Assembly: GCA_002269645.1 (NCBI GenBank)
Contig: NIVC01000618.1
Span: forward strand, 186,001-250,000
From: Macrostomum lignano
Lineage: Eukaryota
Direction of reading: 5' to 3'
Length of the DNA: 64,000 bases
Under the pieces are notes generated by a model. It did not search any database. It was given only the letters and a program-made list of their open reading frames with translations, and was not told where the DNA came from. This document shows, piece after piece, positions 53,617-64,000 of the stretch. A program made the position numbers and the translations under genes. The stretch's first letter is position 1. Every line of letters begins with the position of its first letter.

Positions 53617-55294
53617 AGCTCCACAGAGCTGCGTGTTGAAAGACGCCAATAAAAATATTGAATTAATTGAATAAATTGATTGCGTAACCAATTTCTCAGT
53701 CAGCTAGTATCAGTCTAAGGTAAAGTTAACAAAATGATTATGCAATCTAAATCAACCCTCTAATACACAGCGGCAGTAAAAAGTTGAACCCTCCCCCCCA
53801 ACTTAATCTATTACATCTTGCGAAACTGAGTTTTTTTACAATCTTTGCAGAAATCATTTTTTGAATGCTGTGCTTTTCCTTTTTAAATTTAAAGCAAACA
53901 ACTTACATCCCTGAACTCAGAATTGAAAGATCTTTACAGCAATATAAGTCTCTTCTCTCAAAGATCAAAACTCAAGGAACAGTTTGTGTTTGAAATTTCC
54001 AGTTTAAAGCATTGATTTTTTTGAGTGTACATTCACAGCCTGCTACAGTAAGAGGCTTGCAAGTTTATGCATTGAATTTCACTGTCTGCCAGTTAGCAAG
54101 GGTCCAAGTGTATACACGCAGCCACTTAGAATGCTTCCATCCCCCCACTGGAGAGAAAATGCACTACCAAGATAGGAAAAAGTTGTGGCGCAATCACTCA
54201 AAATTGTTGCAAATTTTCAGTTTAGAGCAGAAAAAGTAGCCAAAAAAGGTTAAGAAAACAGACATTTTAAAAAATTTAATATTAAAATAGCCTATTTGTT
54301 GCATAGAAAAATTCTGCATTGATATATATAAGTCCCACATTTGAGTTGGCAGCTGTCTAGGAGCTACACGTTAAACCTGGCCCACTGGTTGATCCACTCA
54401 CCTTTAGATATAAGATTTATCAATGAGACATGTAGCTGGTGAGTAAGTATTTTGTATCTATAAAGTAATTAGAGATTGATAGTCTATAGGGTAGGACAAA
54501 GACCAATAGGCAGAAAACAAAATATAATTGAATGAGCACTGGTTACAACAAGGTCAGTGCTCTCTCACTCAGAGTACATGGAGAGCATGGTCTGTACCAC
54601 TGTGTTGGAGTTGCGTATTAAGGGTAGGGTGGGTGACTAGTTTCTTATGTACAAGGCTTCTAAGATCTTGAGCTTGTGATCAGATAGGCATTGATCAATG
54701 ATTCTAAAATGTTCTTCAGGTGTACAATTAGAGCAGCTGTTACATTCCAATAGGTGGGTTTGGATGGCCAACATTTTGAGCCAGTGCTCCCTGGTTCTAG
54801 TGTGCAGGTGTCTTTTGGTCTTCCCTATGTAGGAGACACTGGTTAACAGAGCAGTTGAAACAGTAGACAACACCTGCACGCAGAGCACGGGGTACACATG
54901 ATTTTAACTGACTGACAAAACTGTCAACTTTGGAATGTAACAGCTGCTCTAATTGTACACCTTAAGAACATTTTAAAATCAAATCATCAATCAATGCCCA
55001 TCTGATCACAAGCTCAAGATCTTAGAAGCCTTGTACATAAAAAAACCAGTCACACACCCTTGATACACAGTGGTGCAGGCCATGTTCTCCATGTATTCTG
55101 AGTGAGAGAGTACTTACCTTAATGTAATCAGTGCTCATTCAATTATTTTGTTTTCTGCCTATTGGTCTTTGCCCCGCCCTATGGACTATCAACCTCCAAT
55201 TACTTTGTACATACAAAATACTTAGGGCCTACTCACCAACTACATACGTTTCATTGACAAATAATTTATAAATTCGCTTACCCACACCTTTCGT

Positions 55295-55360
55295 TTCAAA
55301 CAATATACCTGACGATGCACCTTGGTGTGCGAAACGCGTCGAAAAAACCTACATGTTGAA
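55295..55360 (+). ncRNA. Minimal type I hammerhead ribozyme motif in the Penelope pseudo-LTR
   Basis: CTGACGA (55309-55315), T, stem II GCAC-[CTTGGT]-GTGC, GAAA, then palindromic CGCGTC with a GUC cleavage triplet ending at 55340. Stem I is weak. HHRs in Penelope pLTRs are an established feature. Confidence 0.72.
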
Positions 55361-57734
55361 TTGATTTTCGGCTTTCTTTTTATTTTACTTGCTAAGCGAG
55401 CCACTTTACCTGAATTTTACAACTAGTTTTCACTTGTCATGTAGTCTAGTACTTTAGGCCAAACTTATTATTGTCCATCGATATTTATATTTCATTTACT
55501 CTTAGGCATTTGTGAAATTCGTACCGAAATGCCTATGCATAGAATTGATTAAGGCTTAAAAAACAGAATTTTCAGTGTGGCACGACGTTTTTAATGCAAA
55601 ATTCAGTTAAAAGCAATATTAGAGGAAAATATACTACAAAGTCTATGTGACCTAATAGTAACACTCATGAATTCTGATACAAGCATAATCTAGGTTCTAA
55701 ATAAATAGATTCTTGTCGGTTTCCTCGAAAATAGTTGTTTTGAAAGTGATTACTTCTTCTGACTTTAGTACAATTCTTATAACTAAGAATGTAAATTTAC
55801 TAAAAATAAATTTTATTTAAAAAATTATAATAGTTTTAGATATATATACACAGTTCTCACATTTTATTTTTAAAAGTTTTGGTTTATTGACCCGTTTTTA
55901 ATTTTTATTATTGCAACAGCGTTAAGAAATATTACGCGTTACGCTACTAAATTATGACTGCACGTCGTCATGAACTGAATGAATCATCTCGTTGTTACTT
56001 TACTTGCTAATATATTGTTAAGTTTTGCTGGTACGATACTTAAAACCCATTACAAAGCAGTTATTCGCAGCAGTAGTCAAAGTCAAGCATGCCATTTCCA
56101 TGACATTTTTTAAATTAAAACAGCTGTCAAACCATTGGCATTGCTTGCCAGGCCTATGCTAGTTGCTAGGGTCTAGGCCTATGTCATGAAGAAAGAGTCT
56201 AACCAAAAAATTTCACTTGGACTCATTTGTATCCCTGAATATGACGCTAAATCAATTGGTAAATGAACATTTTAGAGCTTTTAGTTATAAAAAGTTGTAT
56301 ATATTAATATTGGGCATCTGGCCTGGCCCCCCTCCCAAGCCAAGGTATACTTCATATATATCAAGTGTGCAAAACGAAAAAATTGACCAAGAGAGGCATG
56401 CATTGGTATGCATTTAGGTTTAGCCCAAAAATTAGTGTGTATTGGCATGAATTTGGGTATATATGCCTAGTGGCCTAGCCGCCTAGTGGCATATTATCTA
56501 TAGACTATACCATGATCATGGAATAGCTTGAATGCTTGATGACATAGAATGTGAGGCAAATGTGGTAGCCTATGGTATGATTGTAGTTAGGCAGTCTTTT
56601 TAAGTTTTTTAAAATACTATATATCTACTTTATTTTGTTCATTTTTGCTTAAAAAATATTTTTTTTTGTACCAAAAATATAATTTAATGCCTTTGAGTAT
56701 GTTTATAATTCTTAATTTTTAAAACATTGTTTTTTCTTTTGCAAATTTAATGTTTACATATTTTTTTCTTTTTGTTTGTAGGCAAATTTTTGTATTGTTG
56801 ATTATTTCAAGGGCATACATGGCATATAGTTAGTAAACATAGCTTACAATAGGCATACAAAGAAAAACTCCTTTGTATATATTCTGGAATGTATCTAACA
56901 TGATCCAGAATATGGCTTGTCTCTAATGCAGCCCTACCTACCTACCCTTGCCTTGCTTTTGCCTTAGTTAGGCTAGATTTGCCTTAAATTTTTAGTAAAA
57001 AGCCATCTTTTTAATTTGGTACCAGCCTCTAAAAAACAAAAAACATAGCAACAAAAAATGCAACTTAGACTACAAAGCCTATAATCAAGCAGTGATATGG
57101 TCAAGCTCAAGCCCAATGTACATAGATGCCAAACTCCTAGCTGACCTAGCCAATTTAGTTAGATGGCAAAAGGTTTAGCCAAGGTAATTTACAAAAATAC
57201 TAACCAAAAAATAGATAGGCCTAAAAAAGAAAAAAGCAAGAGAAAGAAAAAAGGCATAAAAAGAGAAAAAAAAGAAAAACAAAAGGAAAAAAGCAAAAAT
57301 AGACCATATTATACTCAGAGGCAATTAATTTAAGTTATAACTAAAGATAACTAAATTGCAGCTAGCAGCAAAGTCACAACCAGAGCAATTTAAAAAAAAA
57401 CAGTATATTGACCAGGCAAATTTTGAAGTTGGGCATACATGCCAAGATATATTAGATAATATATAATGCAACAAGCTGTTGAAACCTACAGATTTAGAAC
57501 CTGTGAAATTCTAATCCCCAGAACTATTTTTGCATGTATTCTATTATCTAAAGTCATATTAAAAAATTGTTGATAGTTATGATAGAGGTAAACATAAAAT
57601 GTAGTAAATTTATGTAAAATTAAGATTTGAGACAAGTATTTATCTTGCTAGCTGGGGTGCTCTGCAGAATTTTAGGCAATGACTGTCTGACTCTAAAACA
57701 TGTATTGGCAAACTCTGGCCTCTCCCTATATCCC

Positions 57735-58985
57735 TTGGATCCTTTAAAATTTCTATCTTCTTTTCTTCTTTCTTCTCTCTTGTCTCTTGTCTCTCCTCTT
57801 TTCTCTCTCCTTTCCTCTCTTCTTTCTTATCTCTGCTTTTTTATTTCTTTTTTCTCTTATCTCTTCTCATTTCTCTCTGCTCTCTATTCTCTCTTCTCTT
57901 TATTCTCTTCTCATTCCTTACTCTTCCCTCTCCCAACACTTCCTTCTTCTTTCCTCTTCTCTCTTCTCTAAACTCTCTCCTCTACTCTCTCATCTCTCCT
58001 CTGTACTTTCTGTCTCTTTCTCTTTCTCCTCTTATCTCTTCTCTCTCCACTCTCCTTGTCTCTTCCCTCACCTCTCTTCTTGTATTTGCTCTCTCATTTA
58101 TCCTTTCTCTTCTTTTATCTTTTCTCTCTTATCTTCTCTCATTTATCTTTCTCCTCTCTGCTCTTTCTTATCCCACCTCTCCTTACTGCCCTGACAGAAA
58201 GTAAATCTATTCAAAATATTGGCAAATCTAAATAAATTGGCCTGTATCAGTCCTTTTTACCAAGTCAGAGCCTGAGATTGGAGCTGCCCTCCTGGCCTCC
58301 TCTCTCCCTCTCTCCCTTTCTCTTACATGTATCTTTCCTCTCATCTCTCTGTTTTCTCCTCTTCCATCTCTCTTCTCTCTATTTTCTTCCTTCTCTCTCC
58401 TAACTCACTTCTCTCTCCTTTGTCTCTGCTCTCTCCTCTCATATCTGTAATTTCATCTCTTTTACCTCTTATCCCTCCTCTATTCTCTACTCTTCCTTCT
58501 CTCATCTATAATCATTATTCTCTTAAATGTTCTCTCACCACTCTGTAGTCTTTCTTTCCCCTCTTTTAATTCCTCTTTTTTCTCCTTTCTTTTCTTCTCT
58601 TCTCTTCTCTTCTCTTCCTTCTTCTATACTCTCTTCCTCTCTTGTCTCCTGTTTTCTGTCTTCTCTTTCTACTTTCATTCTCCTCCTTCATCTCTCATTT
58701 CTCATCTCTCCTTATACCTCTCTTATCTCTACAACCTTATCTTTTCTCTCTTCCTTTTACTCTCTCATCTCTCCTTTCACCTCTCTCCTATCTCCTCTCT
58801 CTCATCTGCAGCTCTTTGCTCTCATCTCTACTCTTCTCCCTCTTCTCTCCCATTTTCCCTCACCTCTTTCTCCTCTTCTCCTCCCATCTCTCCTATTATC
58901 TGCTATATTTTCTCTTATCCCCTCTTGCCTTTCCTCTCTTTCTAATCATCTATTCTTTCTTTCTACTCATCTCTTATCTGCCACT
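57735..58985. repeat. CT-rich polypyrimidine low-complexity region
   Basis: About 1.2 kb almost free of G on +, in two blocks. Confidence 0.92.
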
Positions 58986-59878
58986 CAGCCATGAGCTAGA
59001 TTCTTTATCTGGCCTTTGAGGTAAAAGTCTGCCTATCCCTTCTTAGAAAGCCAGTTTGTGGGACGTAGTACTCTCATGGTTGTTCTCATGCTTTGACCAA
59101 TGATTGATCAATAATTCATAATTGTGATTGATCAATCATAATTGACCAATGGAGGTCTAATATATAGTCTAAGGAGGAAGATAATAAATCATGGCATAAT
59201 GTATAAAAAATAACTTAATTTATTCACTAATCTTCTTGAACTAATTATGAGATCTAGTATACTACAAATTAAATATGCATAAAATATTAGATGTGCATAT
59301 TTAGTCTATTAAAAAATATACTATACTCATTTTATAAGTTGACTCATTGCTAGATAAACTTTTATTTATTATAAATGTAAGTCAAAGTGTACTAGATTTC
59401 TAGAAAGTGAATTAAGCACAATTTTCTATGCTATGCTAGATGCTACATAGAAAGATAAAATTTGGGCTTAAATGCTCTATAATCATTTAAGTATTGTCTT
59501 TAAAGATTATTGGTGCTATATATTGTTTTCTTTTTATAGCTTTATTCATTAAGCTATAGTAAAACTCAAATTAAGAATTGTCAATTTGAGATTCTTACTA
59601 GTCACCATAAGTTATGCAAGTCATAATGCGGCTATTTAGCTACAAATTTAATGCAAACTCTAAAAAGTCAATCAACTTGGCATCTAGCTTTATTTTAATA
59701 TCTCAATAGGGAATTTTAAACAAAAAGTCTAAACTTAAAATGCTTGTCACTTGAAAAATCGACTTGAATCAGTCATTTGTTGAGAATTTTAACATTGCTG
59801 TGCTGCACAATGTATAAAAAACTTCCCATAATAACATACAGCTAAAAGCATAAAAAAAATACAAAAAAACCTGCAAAC

Positions 59879-62800
59879 ATGGCTGAAAAAGCTCCAACAA
59901 TCACCGGCGCTGAGGGCATGGACCCTGATGGCACCATCGACACCAACTGGGATCAGGTGTGCGAGTCGTTCGACGACATGGACCTGCAAGAGTCGCTGCT
60001 GCGGGGTATCTATGCCTACGGTTTCGAAAAGCCGTCCGCCATCCAGCAGCGGGCCATCATTCCCTGCATCAAGGGGCACGACGTGATCGCCCAGGCCCAG
60101 TCTGGTACTGGCAAGACCGCCACCTTTGCCATCGCAATCTTGCAAACCATCAACACCGAAATTCGCGATGTGCAAGCCTTGGTGCTGGCGCCGACTCGCG
60201 AGTTGGCCCAGCAAATCCAGAAGGTGGTGCTGTCCCTCGGTGACTACATGGGGGCCAAGTGCCACGCCTGCATTGGCGGCACCAAGGTCAAGGAGGACGA
60301 GGCGCAGTTTGATAGTGGAGTTCAGGTGAGTTGGCGGCAGTTCTATTCAAGGATACTTTGTCTTGTTGAACGGCCGAATAGCTTAAATTCTAATAAAAGG
60401 ACTGGAAATGTAGCCAATTGAGTGAACAGGTGAGGAAGCAAATTGCCCCCCCCCCCTGAGGGATCAGGTGAGGAAGCTAATTGCCCCCATGAGGGATTAG
60501 GTGAGGTAGCTAATTGCCCCCCCTTTGAGGGATCAGGTGAGGAAGCTAATTGCCCCCCCCCTTTGATGGATCAGGTGAGGAAGCTAATTGCCCCCCTTTG
60601 AGGGATCAGGTGAGGAAGTTAATTGCCCCCCCTGAGGAATCAGGGGTGGCGCCCATAGTCTATTCAAAATAATTTCCAAGCTGTCAATAGTTAAAATGGT
60701 TGGATTTTTTGGGTTTCATAAAACGAACTTTATGTTTAAACTGGCTTAAATTCTGAGCTGAACGATTTTGTCTAAAGTTTTTTTCTAAATTTACAATTGC
60801 TTAGCTTTAAAATTTATGTATTAAATCATATTAACAAGTTGCACGACATAAGGTGGTATTTTTTAAACATACAGCGTGCTTTAGCGTGTCTGTCTCACCT
60901 TAAAAATGAATTTACGTAGCTATTAATTTACCCGATCAAGGTCCTTGCTGCTCACTGTACACTCATTTTTATTTCCAGTGTACATTCACACTAAGGAGGG
61001 GGGCTTGGGGTGAGAGAGAATTTCTATAAATGGCAAGGCTTTCTGGGCGTGCTAAAAATAGTTTAGCCTGTCACGGGGCTGTCGCGTGTTGCACACGTGC
61101 GATGCAATTAGTGTTACCTCTGAAATTTGTGGCTCTTCCTGTTCTCTATTCTGAGCCTAAGAATCATGGGCTTGTATTGATTTCTAGCGCAAACCCATGC
61201 GGATAGAAAATAACAGTTTAATTCCATGCTTATTTCATGCTTCCAGTATGAACTTAGTAGATCCCATCAGAAGACTTAAAATCCTAACCCCAACTGTAAG
61301 AATCCTGACCCCAACTGTAAAAATCCTGACCCCAACTGTAAGAATCCTGACCCCAACTGTAAGAATCCTGACCCCAACTGTAAGAATCCTGACCCCAACT
61401 GTAAGAATCCTGACCCCAACTGTAAGAATCCTGACCCCAACTGTAAGAATCCTGACCCCAACTGTAAAAATCCTGACCCCAACTGTAAGAATCCTGACAC
61501 CAACTGTAAGAATCCTGACACCAACTGTAAAAATCCTGACCCCAACTGTAAGAATCCTGACCCCAACTGTAAGAATCCTGACCCCAACTGTAAGAATCCT
61601 GACACCAACTGTAGGAATCCTGACACCAACTGTAAGAATCCTGACACAACTGTAAGAATCCTGACCCCAACTGTGAGAATCCTGACTCCAACTGTAAGAA
61701 TCCTGACTCCAACTGTAAGAATCCTGACACAACTGTAGGAATCCTGACCCAGCTGTAAGAATCCTGACCCCAACTGTAAGAATCCTGACCCCAACTGTAA
61801 GAATCCTGACACAACTGTAAGAATCCTGACACAACTGTAGGAATCCTGACCCAACTGTAAGAATCCTGACCCCAACTGTAAGAATCCTGACCCCAACTGT
61901 AGGAATCCTGACCCAACTGTAAGAATCCTGACCCCAACTGTAAGAATCCTGACCCCAACTGTAAGAATCCTGACCCCAACTGTAAGAATCCTGACCCCAA
62001 CTGTAAGAATCCTGACCCCAACTGTAAGAATCCTGACCCCAACTGTAAGAATCCTGACCCCAACTGTAAGAATCCTGACACAACTGTAAGAATCCTGAGT
62101 TCTGACATGATTTTAAAATCCCATCGCCCCCTCCCCCTTCCACCCCGCCGCAGGTGGTCGTCGGCACGCCCGGCCGGGTGTTCGACATGACCAACCGGGG
62201 CATCCTGCGCACCAAGCACATCAAGATGTTCGTGCTAGACGAAGCCGACGAGATGCTTGGCCGCGGCTTTAAAGAGCAAATCTATGAAGTGTTCCGCCTG
62301 ATGCCCGAGGAGGTCCAGGTTGTGCTGCTGTCCGCCACCATGCCGGCCGACGTGCTGGAGGTGACCAACAAGTTCATGCGCAATCCCATCAAGATCCTGG
62401 TGAAGAAGGAAGAGCTCACCCTCGAAGGTATTCGCCAGTTTTACATCGACGTTGAACGCGACGACTGGAAGCTGGACACCCTATGCGACTTGTACGAGAC
62501 GCTGACCATCGCCCAGGCCGTGATCTTCTGCAACACTCGCCGCAAGGTCGAGTGGCTGGCCGAGAAGATGGGCGCCCGTGATTTCACCGTCAGCTTCATG
62601 CACGGCGAGATGGAACAGGCGGTTCGCGATAGAATTATGCGGGAATTCCGTTCCGGCAGCAGTCGGGTTCTGATCACCACGGATCTGCTGGCTCGCGGTA
62701 TCGACGTGCAGCAGGTGTCACTGGTTATTAACTACGACCTGCCAACGAACCGAGAGAACTACATCCACAGGTGGGTCAACACATTTTACCAAAATAAAGA

Positions 62801-63221
62801 TGATTGATAAAATTCATGGTCACAATGCCAAGGGTTCAACTCGTTTTTCGCGAGTTGAACTTTCACGGTCAAGATGATAAATGACATCGGGTACTTGTTG
62901 ATCTACTTTACGTTCAAGATGATATTTTAGAACTGCGGGTTTTTTGGTCAGTTTCAAGCTCAAACTCTTGATGATAAATGGCGTGCACTTTTGCTTAATC
63001 ATGCCAACATCACATTTCGGTTTCATGGAATTTTAAAGAAGCAATGGATATCGAATTCCTTTTTTGTCATTTGTAGAATCGGCCGCGGCGGTCGCTTCGG
63101 TAGGAAGGGCGTCGCCATCAACTTCATCACCACCGACGATCAGCGGACTCTGCACGATCTGGAGACCTACTACAACACGTCTATCGAAGAGATGCCGATG
63201 GACGTCGCCAACCTGATTTAG
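59879..63221 (+). CDS. EIF4A: Eukaryotic initiation factor 4A (DEAD-box helicase), 3 exons, 402 aa
   Basis: Exons 59879-60325, 62154-62770 and 63077-63221. Motifs: [58 protein letters not shown]. The N-terminus is eIF4A1/2-like. Confidence 0.97.
60425..60640. repeat. ~35-bp repeat in eIF4A intron 1 (GAGGGATCAGGTGAGGAAGCTAATTGCCCCCC)
   Basis: About 6 direct copies with a variable C-run. Confidence 0.9.
61279..62098. repeat. 21-bp minisatellite in eIF4A intron 1 (AACTGTAAGAATCCTGACCCC)
   Basis: Direct tandem repeats. Confidence 0.96.
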
Positions 63222-64000
63222 GCCGCGGAGTGGAGCTCCGACTTCTCTCTGGTGTTGCGCAAAGGTTGGGAAAGAAAAGATTTGTGTTGCTTGAGCGAGT
63301 GCGCGGTTAAAGCGAACCCAATCTGACTCTAATTATTCTTGTTTGTTTTGTTGTCTAAGCGAGCTGTCATCCCGAGCAGTGAATAAACTATAGTAACTAG
63401 CCGCAGGCTAATCACTTGGGATTGTGTATTAAGCCTCCCCCTCCATGTCGTCCCCGAGTTACAGCGAGTCACGACCGTCAATAATAGAGGCCCAGCGTTA
63501 CCAACTCTGTGTTCAGACAAAAAGCTTATTAAAAAAGTTGCTATTGTCATTACTATTGTTATTAATATATTTTCAATTGTTATTAATGTCGCTAATCCGA
63601 TGTATGATGGGTCTGTGCGAGGCTTGTTCGCAACATGTATTAACAGTCAAATTAATATTATTAATGGCAATGATAATAACAATGGCATCGGTTTAAACAT
63701 TGACAAATGTGGTGTATAGTGTCTTGTCTTATTTATTTATTTATTTCGCTGGTTGCTACACAGTGGCGCTTATTTTATGACAGTTTAATATTGCTTAAAG
63801 CGTAGCGAAGGAAGAGTGCCTGTATTAAAATTAAATTAAAAATAGCCATACAGTGCACAATAAATAATATCAGGTTTTGCAAAATTTTTTAACTACATTT
63901 AGGCAAGTTTTTTTCATTAATCATACTTATTAAGTTAGCGCATTATCCATGGCAGTCACGATCTTGCACCACCCTATTCAGTAGCAAGTATAGAATGCGG

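Larger units (their letters stand above)
53245..55365. mobile_element. Penelope-like element remnant: GIY-YIG C-terminus with inverted pseudo-LTR copies
   Basis: The minus-strand ORF has YIGKTKRHLHTRTREH...KILEALYIRN...PTLNTQ (54580-54860). An inverted + copy of the same 3' region lies at 54930-55365. The tail of the minus copy is split (53245-53349 and 54415 onward) by a ~1.06-kb insertion. Confidence 0.85.

Noticed and set aside
57627-59019. Leu/Ser/Phe-rich ORFs that look like membrane proteins
   Set aside because: By-product of CT-rich low-complexity DNA.
59789-60265. 158-aa minus-strand ORF (and similar antisense ORFs over NAP1, B55 and pol)
   Set aside because: Antisense shadows of GC-rich conserved coding exons.
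61197-62224. Repetitive ORFs on both strands
   Set aside because: 21-bp satellite in eIF4A intron 1.

Overview
Eukaryotic (metazoan) genomic DNA with GT-AG introns, GC-rich exons, CpG-poor AT-rich spacers and many minisatellites. The style resembles the flatworm Macrostomum lignano, but that is an inference and was not verified. Three housekeeping genes can be spliced by hand into complete ORFs on +: NAP1 (23329-28335, 10 coding exons, CKQQ CaaX end), the PP2A B55 subunit (42271-47040, 4 exons) and eIF4A (59879-63221, 3 exons). A partial PH-domain gene (+, 34635-36098) and a partial coiled-coil gene (-, ~49472-52221) are also present. The rest is mobile DNA and tandem repeat: an internally deleted LTR element (gag-PR/IN fusion), Tc1/IS630 fragments and MITEs, hAT MITEs with 8-bp TSDs, a tRNA-derived CORE-type SINE family, a LINE RNase H/CCHC fragment, and a Penelope-like GIY-YIG remnant with a hammerhead ribozyme. 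A degenerate Ty3/Gypsy element lies on - (~13900-22700). The most unusual observation is in this Gypsy element: a second, non-LTR-type RNase H with its catalytic residues intact sits inside gag, between the capsid region and a degenerate zinc knuckle. The element also has an unexplained GC-rich ORF downstream of integrase. Two pairs of TE copies show strong CpG decay, consistent with germline CpG methylation.
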